A stretch of 64,000 bases of DNA from Octopus vulgaris. Taxonomy: Eukaryota. This document shows, one piece after another, positions 43,450 to 57,215 of the stretch. The stretch is taken from assembly GCA_951406725.2 (NCBI GenBank), contig OX597822.1, forward strand, positions 23,002,001 through 23,066,000. Reading direction: 5' to 3'. The notes beneath the pieces are model-generated. The model made no database searches. It was not told where the DNA came from and saw only the letters and a program-made list of their open reading frames with translations. The translations under genes were made by a program, and so were the position numbers. Positions within the stretch are counted from its first letter, which is position 1; every line of letters starts with the position of its first letter.

Positions 43450-44351
43450 AACAAGCAGACAGATGAAATTCTGCTAAGCAGTGTGCTTATGATTCTGCCA
43501 GCTTGCCGCCTTTATAATAATAATAATAATAATCCTTTCTACTATGGGCACAAGGTTTGAAATTTGGTGAGAAGGGACCAGTTAATTACATTGACACCAA
43601 TGTATGACTGGTGCCTATTTTATCAACCCCCAAAAAGGATGACAGGCAAAAATTGACCTGGGTGGAGTTTGAAATCAGAATGTAAGAAGTTCAAATTCTG
43701 CCCAGGTCAACCATACCTCTCATCCTTTCAGAATCGAGAAATTGAGTACCAGTTATGCACTGGGATTGATGTAATCGACTTACCCCCCGCACCCAAACTT
43801 GCTGGCCTTGTGCCAAAATTTGAAACTAATAATAATGATAATAAAGAATACAGAATAAACTAATATCAATAAGTGAATCCATCATTATGTATATATGTGT
43901 GTATGTATACATACATACATATGCTTGGAATTACAGACAAGAGGAAAATGATATTCATTGTATAAAGTAGAGTATATATAATTTTAGTAAAATATAATTT
44001 TAACTATTATTAGTTAAAAGTCTAGCATTTCTGATTGTCAAACAACTTGTTAGTATTGAAATTGTTTGGCAATCATAAACATGAAATTTTAAGTGACAAC
44101 AAACAGTTTGAAGCTGTATATATATATGTATATATATAATTGAGTAGTATATTACTGGTCATGGCATATAACTAGTCAGAGTACATTTGAAGGGTCCTCA
44201 ATATTGCTTAAGTGCAGTAGTCAACATGAAACCTATGGTAACATTCTGACAAGTTATATGGCATGACCAGTAACTTATTGCTAGATAAAAATATAACCAC
44301 TTTGTTACTCATATCGAGTGTACTTTTTTTCCTGATTTGTGGACAACTAGC

Positions 44352-44407
<56 letters not shown>

Positions 44408-46521
44408 GATATAGATAGAAAATCTTGTAAAATTACTAATCAAATCATACTCCCCAAATGAAATGTCTTATCTGTTTCTAATAGAAAATGAGGTTAAATC
44501 TTTGACTGTAGTTTTTCTTTAAATACTACATTAATCTCTATTAATCAATGCTGGCTCAACATCAACCACACTGAAACATTTTCTAAATGTTAATTGACAG
44601 CAGGTGCCTGTCGGAAAAGCACGTGGGAAAGACCAGATAATGTTACTGTACCAGAGAACATTAAGACACAAAAGGCTGCAACCAGGAAATGACACATATA
44701 GACAAATGTGATCTTGGCACTGAATCCAAATATTCTGTGATTATTTCTGGATATTAATGGTAATCAATTTAGAAAGGCTGCTGCAAATATAGTCAACATT
44801 GGCAGCACTAATTAGAGACTTAAGTTCACTACCTTCTGCAACAAAACCAGAATGATAGGATGAGTGTATTTTTTGGGGAGGGAACCAATAGAGAGACAAT
44901 GATGAATAAAGGAAGTGGTGGGAGTCACAGACAGAACAAATATCAACAGGTGGACTAATTACAACACTAAAATGTAATACAAGATATGAAAATCTTGAAA
45001 GAAACATATGCTGAAAAGAAGAAATCTTTAGAAGAAAAATCGAGAGTATTTAATTCATCTGACTTCTGTCAAGGAAGACCATTTTACTGGCTTTCATTGC
45101 ATAATTCCTTTTTGAAAATAGATATGGAAATTAATTGGAAGAATTATTTGAATTAGGCTCACAGAGTTAAAATCCAAGAGAGAATCAATTTCCAAAGGAT
45201 GGATTCCTGAAACAGATATGACCAAAATTTCCTTTATTGCTCTGTATAAATTTTTAAATTCTTCTCAAAGAGTGCTTTTGGACCCAGAATGGGTTAATCC
45301 CGCCTACTTGCTTAATAGCTTAAAGAATAAAGTGGTAAAACACAGCCATTAGTAGATGAAAATCTCTTTAACTGTTATGTAGAAATGTAATTCTTTTTTA
45401 AAAAACAGCTTTTGGACCCAAAGTGTTTTTTTTCTCTCCTTTCTAATAGCTTGAAGAATAAAGCTATACAACACTGCCATTGATAAAGGCTTTTAAGAAA
45501 GAGATGGATGAAGAAAAAAAATATCTATATTGAGGACATGCAGCACAATGAAGGGGATGAGGAGGTTAGATAGGAACTGTATGCACTATATTACAACAAT
45601 GAGAGGAAATGATGCTAAACTAGTACACTTTGAACACACTTATTTCTTCAATAACACATGATATATTTTATTTATCTTTTCATATAAGACAAAGAAAATA
45701 AAGAAAAAAATAGCTTGGACCACAAGGATTTTTTTACAGAGACTGAACAAACATCAAAAGCGACTGAAAAAATACCTAATGCTTCAAGCTTTTCTTTTTT
45801 TGTGGTTTTTACAAGATAACTTTCAGCCTACCTTGCAGTATTTTTCTGTCTTTGCTTTCAAATGAAATTATTCTTACCAATATAAATCACTAGTAATCTC
45901 TTAAAATTCCTCAGATGAAAATATAAAATAAATAAAAGCATGTTGTATTCCAACCAACATGGAGCTTTCATTTGTTGTCAGTTTTTACTGGTATTTTCTG
46001 TGAGTGCTTAGAATTAAATATATTTTCCTTGTCCGTGAGTGTTAGGTCACTGTATGATCTACTTAGGATATATCAAGTTCATTTCCCCAGCTAAGTGGAA
46101 TCGATACATGCTGTTAATAAAGTGGTGCTGGTGAGTTTTATCATGTTAGTTTTGATATAACTATGAAAAGGTTCACCTGACATAGAAACTGGTCAATCTT
46201 TAGTTTTAAAAGATATAGCTATCCGTGGGACTGATAATCAAACCAAAACAATCTAGGAAAATATAAAACTAGACCTGGATATCCTGAGTAAAGTGAAAAG
46301 ACTATGTTAAATGCTGAAAAGTTGCTTAATAAATGTCCTTGTTAATAATTTCTCTTTTTAATTGAACTGCTTAATTTTTTTTTTTGAAGTCATTACACTA
46401 GCACAATAAAAATGAACTTTATATAATAATAATATTAGGGAATAAATTATTATTCCAGCCTTACAGGTTAAATTCAGTATAATAATAATAATAAACCGAA
46501 ATTCATAATATATAATATATG

Positions 46522-46724
46522 TATATGACTAATTTAGAGACGAACCACCATTTCACAACTCAGTCAATGAAGAACCCATCCAAAACCATGCTGTCAGACA
46601 TATAACATACATATGTTCAGTCTTGAAGATGTTTTGTATGTTATATGTCTCACAGCATGGTTTTGGACAGGTTCTTCATTGACTGAGTTGTGAAATGGTG
46701 GTTCGTCTCTAAATTAGTTATATA
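46522..46724. repeat. Near-perfect inverted repeat, about 85-bp arms with a 25-bp spacer
   Basis: actaatttagagacgaaccaccatttcacaactcagtcaatgaagaacc...acatac is mirrored by gtatgt...ggttcttcattgactgagttgtgaaatggtggttcgtctctaaattagt. Confidence 0.85.
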
Positions 46725-49027
46725 TATATATATATATATGGAGAAAGAGAAGATTCCCTTTAGTCATGAATGACCATCGGATTGCACCTAGAAAGTTCCC
46801 CTTCGAGGCACAAGTCTGGGCAAGATTGTTTATGGAAGACCAGCAGTCATCCATGTATGCCAGCCTCTCCTCTCAATGTCACTGATGTTATCCAAGGGAA
46901 AGTCAAAGGCCGATATAGCTTGGTACCAGTGACACCACAACTCATTTCTACAGCTGAGTTAACTAGAGCACGTGAAATAAAGTGTCTTGCTCAAGAACAC
47001 AACACACAGTCTAGGAATCAAACTCATTCCCTCATGATTATAAGCACAACGCTCTAAACACAGACAATTTTGAATGAATTTTCAAGTTGAAATTACTTTC
47101 GAATACATTCTAATTTCAATATTGAAGCCTGAGACAGAATTACAAGCTGCATTCAAAGACATGTTCAATGACTGAAGAAATATAATAAGATTCAAAAGAC
47201 TCTTTCTGGAAAGCTGTTAATCCCCCCACCTGCTGACTTCAGCAAGAAGGACAACAGCAATAACATTTAATCTAATTAACAAGCGACCAAAGAGGATTAA
47301 AAAAAAAAGGTCAGAGATTAGTTTATCTTATCCTCAATGAAGACTACAGTGAAAGAAATTATTTTTAATAACAGTGAACACTTAATTATAAGTGAGGAAT
47401 TAGGATCGTTGGATTATCAGATAAAGCAGATTATATAGAGTTTATGTTGACCAATGAAGACAGGAAGATATGTTGTGCCACGGATACCATATCTGACTTG
47501 TTTTCAAGTCTCTCATCAAAGCAACATGGACACGTGATGGATGTGCATAGCTACTGATATAAAAAAAAAGTCACAATTTAAAAGCTTTGTAATTGGAATG
47601 GACTAAAATGCTGTCTTGGAGAGATTTGTATTATCTACAGAAATTAGAGTTCAACATCAGGTGGAATGGACCCAGTTGTTCATGAAAAAAATTGGCTTAG
47701 ACAAATAAGCTTAATTCCTCTCTAGTTAACCAAAATGGTCAACTGAAATAAAGTTATCACATTATAGTCTCATATGGTTAATATTAGAGAAAGGAGTTCA
47801 GAAAGAAAGTTATTTAAATCTTCAGAACTGACTAACTTCCTGTAAATAAATGAAATAAAAGCAAGAGAGGATACAAAGCAGGTGAATGTACAGGTAATTT
47901 ATGATAATATCTGAAGCTGCCGCAAGAGATATTGATGATACATAAAAATAAAGAGGGGGTTATTTTATTGCTTAACATTAAAATGTCGAGTAATAGTTCA
48001 ATAAATAAGTAAAAATAAAAATGCTTTCGTCAGGTAGACTAGCATGTTCTGGTTTGACAAATTTATATTTTATATGTGTATGTGTGTGTATGAAATGATG
48101 TTATAAGAATTTAGAAACTTTGAGTGAACATGAAATAATTTGTTTTTAACAGCTGAATTCTAAGTACAAAAGCTATAAATAATAGCATGTAAATATTAGG
48201 TTAAAAAACCATTTGATAGAAAAAGTCAAAGGTTCTTTTTTTTTTTTTTTGTTAACCCAATATATACATTTCTTTTATTTTATTCTTTTACTTGTTTCAG
48301 TCATTAGACCACAGCCATGCTGGAGCACCTTCTTGAAGAAGTTTTAGTAAAACGAATTGACCCCAGTACTGTTCAATTCGATACATACCCCAGTATTGTT
48401 CAATTCGATACATATTCTTTCTCCAAGATTCTAAATTATCAGTTGTCAAGCAGAGGTGGAGACAAATACAAACTCAAACACACACACACATTTCTTTCAG
48501 TCTTCAACTATCAAATCCACTCACAAGGCTTTGGTCAACCTGAGACTACAGTAGAAGACAGTTGACTAAGGTTCCACACTGAGACTGAACCCAAAGCCAT
48601 GTGGTTGGGAAACAAGCTTCTTACCACACAGCCATACCATATATATTGTTTATAGCTTTTCTACTTTGAGTTCTACTGTTAAAAAAAATGAATTCTGTAT
48701 ATGTAAATATAATTATTGTTAACTGTTAGTAAAGATGTAAATGGAATCCATGCTTTCTTATTGTTAGTGAGACAAGTGCTGTAGAAGTAATGACATATAC
48801 AATTACTACTGAAATTCTTTAATTAGTGGAAGGGGAATCTTTCTTGTATCATGGGGCTTGTTTAGGTGAGTCTATCTGTTAAGAGTAGCACAGAGTTCTG
48901 CTTTGCAGGCAGTTTGGAATCAGGATAAAGTATGAGTCTGCAATGCATCAGCATGCTTAGTTGAGAATGGTGAAGAGCTGCTGACCAGAGGCTATTTGCA
49001 ATCAGCAAAATGGTTTACAGTGCTTAC

Positions 49028-49072
49028 TTGTTCAGCAGTAAGGTTCTCCTCAGAAATGTCCTCGGTTTTCTC
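49028..49072 (-). CDS. MTSS1: 45-nt exon EKTEDISEENLTAEQ
   Basis: Acceptor ttcttcaaatttaag, donor CAA|gtaagc, phase 0-0, open and coding-like, fits the flanking exons. Confidence 0.65.
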
Positions 49073-49326
49073 CTTAAATTTGAAGAAAATTTAACAAGCT
49101 AGGTTTAGAGAATAAGAATCTAGAAATGAAAACAATATCATGTGCATGCACATATAAATGGAATCAGTTCATTGCGATCGCTTTGCGGAAGAATCCTTTG
49201 AAATAACAAGCCAGCAGATAACATAAAACAGAGGATATGACAATACTCCCGAGTGTGTTTGGGACTCACTAACTTAGATAATAACCATTTGATAACACTA
49301 TTTATGATTATAATAAGCAGCCTCTA

Positions 49327-49404
<78 letters not shown>

Positions 49405-49609
49405 TGTTTGTTTTTATGTCAAGTTATATGTAAAAATAATTTAACATTAAACTGAAATATTACTCAATACTTTTTAGTAGAGTACCATATTTATCACAAT
49501 TTTTCAAGTTTGGACTTGATTGCCTTTGTCAGACAAAGGTGGGCAAGCCAAATCTTTGAAATCACAGTTAACCTTTTTCTATTTAAATCAGACACGGCAG
49601 AAGTAAATA

Positions 49610-50180
49610 GACACCCCTTAAGCATCATTTTATGTTTATTCTAACTTGTAAAGGTTTATGTTCTTTATTAATTGATATTTTAAAGTTTCAGATTCTACAT
49701 GTAACTGTTTAATTATGTCATGGCATAAAATTGCAGAAACCCTTGGGATCCTGCTTTCTATAGTTAATAGAGTGATTGTGCAATTCACCAGAGAGGGAAA
49801 GGAGTCTACATCACCTCACCCAGATCAACCAGGACCCCTCTCTTTGCTAAGAGAAGTATGGAGGACAATCCTTGTTGCAAGGCCTCTGACATAGCAGAAC
49901 AAGTTGATGTCAGTTTCAGAACAGCTATCAAGTATCTTCACAAACTTGGTTACTGTGGCAGAGCAGCAAGAAGGAAAGTCACTTCTTTGACCAGCCAACA
50001 TCAAGTGGAGAAAAAATTGGGCCAGTCAGATGGTGGAGAGGCCAATAGCATTTTGGGACACTGTCATATTCTCTGATGAATCGAGATTTGCTGAATTTTC
50101 TGACAGAGGTTGAGTGTGGGTCTAGAGACTCTGCGATCAAGAATTTGATGTGAAAAGATTGCAGCCAACTAATTTCATAC
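49610..50180 (+). mobile_element. Tc1-like transposase relic
   Basis: [29 protein letters not shown] followed by frameshifted WDTVIFSDESRF, the first catalytic Asp motif. Confidence 0.75.
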
Positions 50181-50790
50181 ATTGGAGCAATGCTCAGATA
50201 AGGATGGACAAAGGTAAGTAGTGGGAGATGAAGGCAAGGATCAATAAGTAATGTGATGGTTAAATATATGAATGTTGTCTTTAAATAAGAAAAATCAATT
50301 CTCTTTTTTAATTTTCAATTGTTTCACTTGAGCATGTAGTTTGGTATTTAGTCTCAGTTCAGCTCTGATCCAGCAAAATCCATAATGAAAAATGGATTCC
50401 AGCTGTGAGCATCACACTGATTTTGCACTTTTGTCTTTTTGCAACAGTGTATCTAGGACCACTGGCAAACAGTTACTTAGTCATAAACCAGCCCTGACTG
50501 AGCAGACCTATGATGGAAACAGTTTCTATCATGACCATCTTATCTTTATATAGTGAAGGTGTGTGGCTAAGAGGTTCAGGTATTCAGCTCAAGCTTGTAA
50601 GGTCCTGAGTTCAATACTTAGCGGTGCTTTGTGACCTTGAGCAAGACACTTTATTTCACGTTACTCCACTTCACTCAGTGGGCAAAAATGAGTAATGCCT
50701 GTATTTCAAAGAGCTGACCTTGTTGCACTTTGTGTCATGTTGAATCTCCAAGAACTATATTAAGGGAATGTGTATCTGTGGAGTGCTAGT

Positions 50791-50825
<35 letters not shown>

Positions 50826-50917
50826 TAATATAGGATAAAATTTTTCAAAAAAAATTCTATAAATGGCCAGCATATTAAAAAATACCTTTAAAGATTAAAT
50901 TTATAAACAACTTATAA

Positions 50918-51008
50918 ACAAGGTCAAAAGAAAAAAATTCTAGTGCCAAATATGCCAAAAAACTTTTTCGGCATATTTGGCACTAGAATTTTTTTCTTTT
51001 GCCCTTGT
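50918..51008. repeat. Near-perfect palindrome (about 45-bp arms) at the end of a TA-flanked insertion
   Basis: caaaagaaaaaaattctagtgccaaatatgcc...ggcatatttggcactagaatttttttcttttg. Confidence 0.85.
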
Positions 51009-51163
51009 ATATATATATATTAGGCACAGTGTATGTAGGACCATATTATCTGACAGTCAGGAGTTAGTGTGGTGTGATGTGGTGAGACTATGAACAACAA
51101 CAAGTGCAGCCTATCACATACAAATAAAACTAATTCAGAATAGAGGTCACTCTTCATGCTTAC

Positions 51164-51262
51164 ATGAAACAACCTCTCTAGTACCACTGGCATGTAGCAA
51201 GTGGGCAGCACACATTGTAAAGCAGCTGGCAATAAGAAGAGTGTTCAGATATTGAAGCCAAG
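51164..51262 (-). other. Candidate 99-nt cassette/poison exon
   Basis: Acceptor cattcttgttctgtttttag and donor CAT|gtaagc followed by GCATG. Phase-0 frame has a single TGA at codon 6; phase-1 frame is fully open. Confidence 0.3.
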
Positions 51263-52268
51263 CTAAAAACAGAACAAGAATGAGATGTTGGCTCAGCCGA
51301 ACCATATTGCAAGTTTCCTCTGTAGAAGGGCAGTAACTTCAAATAAGAATCCACATGAACTGAAATAACCCATCCCAAGCCACAAGCCAAACCAGTATGA
51401 AAAACAAATGTAAAATGGATGAGCATATATATAAGCTCATATATATATATAGGCTCATATATATTTGTGTGTGTGCATGTGTAAATGTAATGTTCTATCA
51501 TTTGAAAGTTGTTGTTAAAGCAGATAACAACAAAAAAAAAACAGGCAAAATAATAAAATAATAGAAAGCATTTGTCTTTAAGCATTATCAGAGCATTTAC
51601 AAACGAACCCCCTCCTCCCACCATCTCACTGTGACATCTAAAATAAAACAGATTCTTTACTCAACAGACCAACAATAACAACAAAAATATACTGCGGCAT
51701 TCATAACAATAATTAAAAAAAAACCCACAAAAGATTCTAAAGCCAGAATAGGTTAGAATGAACTTCAGCTAACTTTAATTTATTTGGCTTTTATTTAAAA
51801 GTTTAGCTTAGATTTAAAGTCTTATACACTTCTGTCTTGAGTAACAAAATAATACTAAATAATAATAATAATAATAATCCTTTCTACTATAGTCTCAAGG
51901 TTTACAATTTTAAGGGAGGGGGTGAGTCGATTACATTGACTCTATTGTTCAATTGCTACTTTTATCTCATCAACCCCCGAAAGGATGAAAAGCAAAGTTG
52001 ACCTTGGTAGTAATGGAACTCAGAATGTGAAGAGCTGGAAGAAATGCTGTTAAGTATTTTGTTGGTGTTTGTAGAACTTGGTCTAACCAGAATTAAATAA
52101 ATATGACATTTCATGGATATATTTTATTCAAAGCTGTTTCATGTAACTTTGATTATTTAATTTGAGCTTGACCAAGCTGTTTGTATGTCAGCAAACACAT
52201 CATTCACTGTTTTACTATGCTAAACATGATTTTACTTGACTACAATAATATATACATACATACATATA

Positions 52269-53131
52269 CAGGGTGTAATGGGTAAATTGACAGCATTTTA
52301 TATTTTTAATTTTGCGCATGTGCATTGTTTGTTTGTGATATTGTCAACTACACAGTATAGTAGGGCTGGTTGGGCACCGTCTGTGAGAAAAACAGCACCA
52401 TGACATAATTCACTCTGTCAGAAATTTGGAAATGGCATGCTGTACTGCTTGACATTCGTGCTGGAAGCTCCAATATGAATATTTCAGAGTGTATAGGGTG
52501 TCAATCTGAGGACATGTACTGAGAGTGATAAAAATCAAATATCTAGTCAACATCATGGGGTTTGCAGTGATCACTAGAGATGGCGATGTTATGCCTTCAA
52601 TCATCTTCCCACATGGCCTCAGACTCAACATGGAGGCCTACATCAAGTGCGTGAAGGAAGTAGTTCTGCCCTGGGTCAAGAAGGTGGCTGCTGGAAGACC
52701 CTATGTCTGGCAACAGGACTCTGCACCATACCACACAAACAGGAGAACCCAGTCATAGCTGTCAGACAATTTCTGCAACCATACCAACCCTAATATCATA
52801 TCTATCTCTGCAGACTGCAACCCTCTTGATTATTACATGTGAGGCACAGTTGAGAGAGAGAGACCAACAAAACTCCTTGTAACACCAAAGATGAACTGAA
52901 GGCAAGGATTATGGCAGCATTAACCAACTTAAACAAGGAGACCATCCAGAAAAGTTGCAGGAGAGTCCAAAGTCGTCTGGAGGCCATGGTTGAAGCCAAT
53001 GGTGATTTTATTGAATAAGTTTACCCATTAGTATTTTTATGTAATTTTGGTAAATATATCTGTTAAAATGAAATGTTAGTGTTATTTTCATTTTTGCATA
53101 ATTTAGATGATAGTTTATTCACCACACCCTG
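52269..53131 (+). mobile_element. Internally deleted Tc1/mariner (DD37D/maT-like) element with TIRs and TA TSD
   Basis: TA|cagggtgtaatgggtaaa ... tttattcaccacaccctg|TA. Peptide GDVMPSIIFPHGLRLN...YVWQQDSAPYH...SADCNPLDYY. Confidence 0.85.
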
Positions 53132-53145
53132 TATATATATATATC

Positions 53146-53411
53146 TCGCCTGGCCCTCGTGCCGGTGGCACATAAAAAGCACCATCCGTTCGTGGCCGTT
53201 TGCCAGCTCTGTCTGGCACCAGTGCGGGTGGCACGTAAAAAGCACCCACTACACTCACGGAGTGGTTGGCGTTAGGAAGGGCATCCAGCCGTAGAAACAC
53301 TGCCAGATTTGACTGGGCCTGATGAAGCCTTCTGGCTTCACAGACCCCAGTAGGACCGTCCAACCCATGCTAGCATGGAAAACGGACGCTAAACGATGAT
53401 GATGATGATGA
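53146..53411 (+). mobile_element. Family C SINE-like element with a (GAT)n RTE-type tail
   Basis: ggtggcacgtaaaaagcacccactacactc...ggttggcgttaggaagggcatccagc...ccaacccatgctagcatggaaa...aaacgatgatgat. Copies at about 14445-14683(+), 15220-15358(-), 15756-15982(-), 23303-23571(+), 29615-29920(+), 32720-33150(-) and 38887-39095(-). Confidence 0.8.
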
Positions 53412-54870
53412 ATGATCTGCAAAGCAATTTACTGCAGGTATCAATATCATATGAGAAAATCAAGGGTTTATGGAACAGTTAACAAAGAGAAGACCTTTTA
53501 TGATACTCCAAAAAGAAAAATGATCCTTCATTATTATGTCTTATATAAATGACTACAGATCAACAAAAAATATCATCCCTTACTACTACAGGGCCTGTCA
53601 GACATGAAGCAAATGCAAAATCTTTCTTGCATGAACTATATTAGAATGAAATTTGAATTTGAAATTCCAGTGTTGTTATATTTGGGAGGAATCTTGATTG
53701 ATAAGGCCTATAAACACATTCACTAGCCGTTTGTCAATATTTCCCTTCTCTTTCTTTTCCAAAAAACCCCTCACCCCAAATATTTTTCATTATAACAATC
53801 TATAGCTTTCTTAATTTTGTTTTTTAAATGTTTGGTTCCAAGTTTTAAGTAAAAAAAAAAAAAGAGAAAAAATTTGCATGTTTTCGCAATAGTAAAAAAA
53901 AAAGAAGTGAAATATAGACTAACAACAACCAGTGATTATGTTTGTAGATTTTATCAATTATTACTCTTCCTAAATATAACAATATCAGTTTTAACACAAG
54001 GTTTCTGACCAAAGTTATTGCAAAGTAAATTCAAAATTGCAATTTCTATTTCCTCCCTTTCTCTTCTAAGCATTGAAGTCATCTACCAATCTTTACTTCT
54101 GAAACTATTTGAGTATTTCAGATTTCAATAAGGATACCATTTGCTCTTCTTAAGACAAGTAATTCCTAAAGCAATTGAAGGTATGTATAGATAAGATCCT
54201 TTATTATGTTGGTCTTGAGCCATCGCTTTGTAAAGAAAAAAAAAAAGAAAAGAGTACAGTGAACTGAATTGACACCTCCACCTCCCAGTACATAGCTTGT
54301 GCTAGCCTTAGAATGGTGAAAGATAAAGAAGGAACAAGTAGGGGGATAATGAGATTCGATTTTGGAGTGGAGAAGTGGATGGACAAAACCAAACACTAAA
54401 GAAGGGTTTTAATGTGACACCCTAATTCTGTAAAAAAAAAATTGATGTAATGATGATAATGAGTAAATGAAATATAGGGGTAAACAAGTAAATAACAAAT
54501 AAAACAACAAATAAAACAACAAATAATAATAATAAAAATAAACAATGAAAAATGAAATTAATTAAACATGAATAGGAAAATAAATAACAATAATAAAGAG
54601 TTATTCAAAATGTGTGTTTTAGACAATGTTAACTAGAGACCATGCAAAACACCTTGGATGCATTGTAGGAAAACTGTATGTGTTAAATCAGATTCATACT
54701 CATATACTATCACACACATACACACATATATACATGTGTAATGATTGCAGTGAAAAAAACAAAACAAAAAAAACAACGAAAACAAACTCTTTGAAAGCAT
54801 GCACACATCCACCCAGGAATAAACAGAGATGCATGCGCTCAGTTATACAGTCATACAGCAATATGGATAG

Positions 54871-54903
<33 letters not shown>

Positions 54904-55208
54904 CAGACAGAGAGAGAGAGAGAGAGAGAGTATATATGATGTAAGGGAGTAAGTAGATAGAACTGCTCATGAGAAAATAGTGAAAGAATGAGATGGAGTG
55001 AAAGAGAAATATAGAGGCAGGTAGACAGAGAGAGAGAGAGAGAGAGAGATAAAGGAACAGAGAGAAAGAGAAAGAAAGAGTGAGTGAGATAGAGAGGAAG
55101 AGAAGAGCCATGCGTGACTGTGTACTCCCAACTGCACAGCAGCTAACTGGGAGGTCGGTCAGTGTGGCAGTGAGTACTGACGTGCTTTCAACAGTGGAAT
55201 CTCCATAC

Positions 55209-55325
55209 CTGTCTCAGGTGGAGGAATGGTGGAGTAGTTGATCTCAAAAACAGGGCATCCTGTGAAGTGAAGCCGGAGTCTTGGGATGAAACGCTTGTTA
55301 GACGGACAGAGCCAGGCAGAGGAAG
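55209..55325 (-). CDS. MTSS1: MTSS1/MIM-like exon LPLPGSVRLTSVSSQDSGFTSQDALFLRSTTPPFLHLRQ
   Basis: 117 nt, phase 0-0. Acceptor acacagcag (NAGNAG; alternative start 55328), donor CAG|gtatgg. Matches human APVRLSSVSSHDSGFISQDAF. Confidence 0.92.
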
Positions 55326-57125
55326 CTGCTGTGTGTAATAAAAAAAAACATAATGGACATGCTAAAAAAAAAATGAATGAATGAAAGAAAGAAAGAAAGA
55401 AAGACCACCCACAGAAAAAAAAAGAAAAGAAAAAAAACCGAAGGCAATGAGAAGGGAAGGAAAAAAAAAGTTGGTGGGGCAGAAGTGCATGATGAAAGCT
55501 AATGATCTCAGAGATTCTCATTCTGGTGATGGTAGCAATAGCATGAGAAGAAATGCTTAGGTACAGCATCGTTCGGAAGAAATAGGTGTGCGTGATGATT
55601 CCACAACTGCTCTGTGGTGGAAGGATGCAGCATTCTTTGGAACTAAGCTATAATGGCATGTTAACTAAATGGAGGGGGGAAAAAAATGATTTTGAGAAAA
55701 ATGATGAGCGTTAAGGAGTAACTCGTTTAACAAATTAATAAAAGAATGAGAGATGCGGGTTGGAGTAGAGGAAAAGGTAAAATTCAAAGACGTGTTTAAA
55801 GTTAAAAATGATTTATTAAAATTTAAAAAAAATTTTTTAAATGAAAAAAATATGCATGCAATAATTTAACTAAAATTTTTATATAACACACACACAGACA
55901 CACACACAAAAAATGATTAATTAAAGTAACTCATCAATGAAAGATTCAGAACAATGTTGCATTAGTTTGGTTAGCATTTAGGGAGTTATGTTAGTAAAGA
56001 AGCATGGTTTTGTATAAAATGATTAGAAGCATGCTAATGTTACAGTTACAAATGAAGGACTTGGATAAATGGTATGAAAATTCATCCTAGGTTTGTAAAA
56101 ATAAATATTTTCTTTAAAAAAAAAAATGGGGACAAGATTTAACCTCCCCCAAATTTAAAACTGTTGTAATTTTGTATTCAACTATCTTATTCAACTAAGT
56201 TATTCATTAGCTAGATCGCATGTCACCAAGTCTCTCAAAAGAAAATATAAGAAACATTTATATGGAAAATAACTTTAGGGAAGCAATAACTGTGGAAGAC
56301 AGATTAATAACCATTGAAAAACACACAAAACTGGAACTTCACTTAATTATTATTTTGGTGTCAAATAATAAATGATTAAGCAAAGTCAACATTTTTTTTA
56401 GGAACTGTGTCAGTAGTGACCAGGTCACAGTCTGTGTGATGGAAATTTTTTCACTGAATAATAAATAAGCAAAGTTAATAGTGTTTGTGTGTTTTTTTCA
56501 ATGGCTAAAATAAGTCATTCATACTGTTATTGCTTAGGTTTCAAAACAGAGTCCCAAGATCAAATCACTTGCCAGACAAGGACAATTTTGAAATTTTAGA
56601 GAAAAGATGGAACTAAAAAACAGAGACAAAAGAGAGTGTAACATGGCAGACAAAGATGTTATGACAGATTTGAAGAATATCTATCACAATATTTTCTACT
56701 CAGAGCAGAAATAATTAATTGATAGAATTAAAATTTCTAAGATTATGGTAAGCTGATAAGATGAAGTACTCTCAAGAACTTAGGTCATTTTAGAATATAA
56801 CTTTTCAAAAATCTGAAAGAGACACAAAAAAAAAAAAAAAATTTTTTTTTAAACAAATAATGTTAATTTTAACTTTTCATCTTCAAAATTTTCCTAGAAA
56901 ATTATTTTAAGACAAATTCTTAAAAAGAAACAAAACCCCTTAAAATCTCACTTCATTCTTAGTTTATTTGTAGGGAATATAAATCAAAAACAAATTTAGA
57001 ATCTTCTGATTTTCTAACTTATTAAAATTTAAGTTTTAAAATATCAAATTTTAATGAAGAACAATTCTTTAAGAACAATCAGCAAATTTTGGCATAACGA
57101 AACCAAAATATAAACAGCTTTCCAC

Positions 57126-57215
<90 letters not shown>

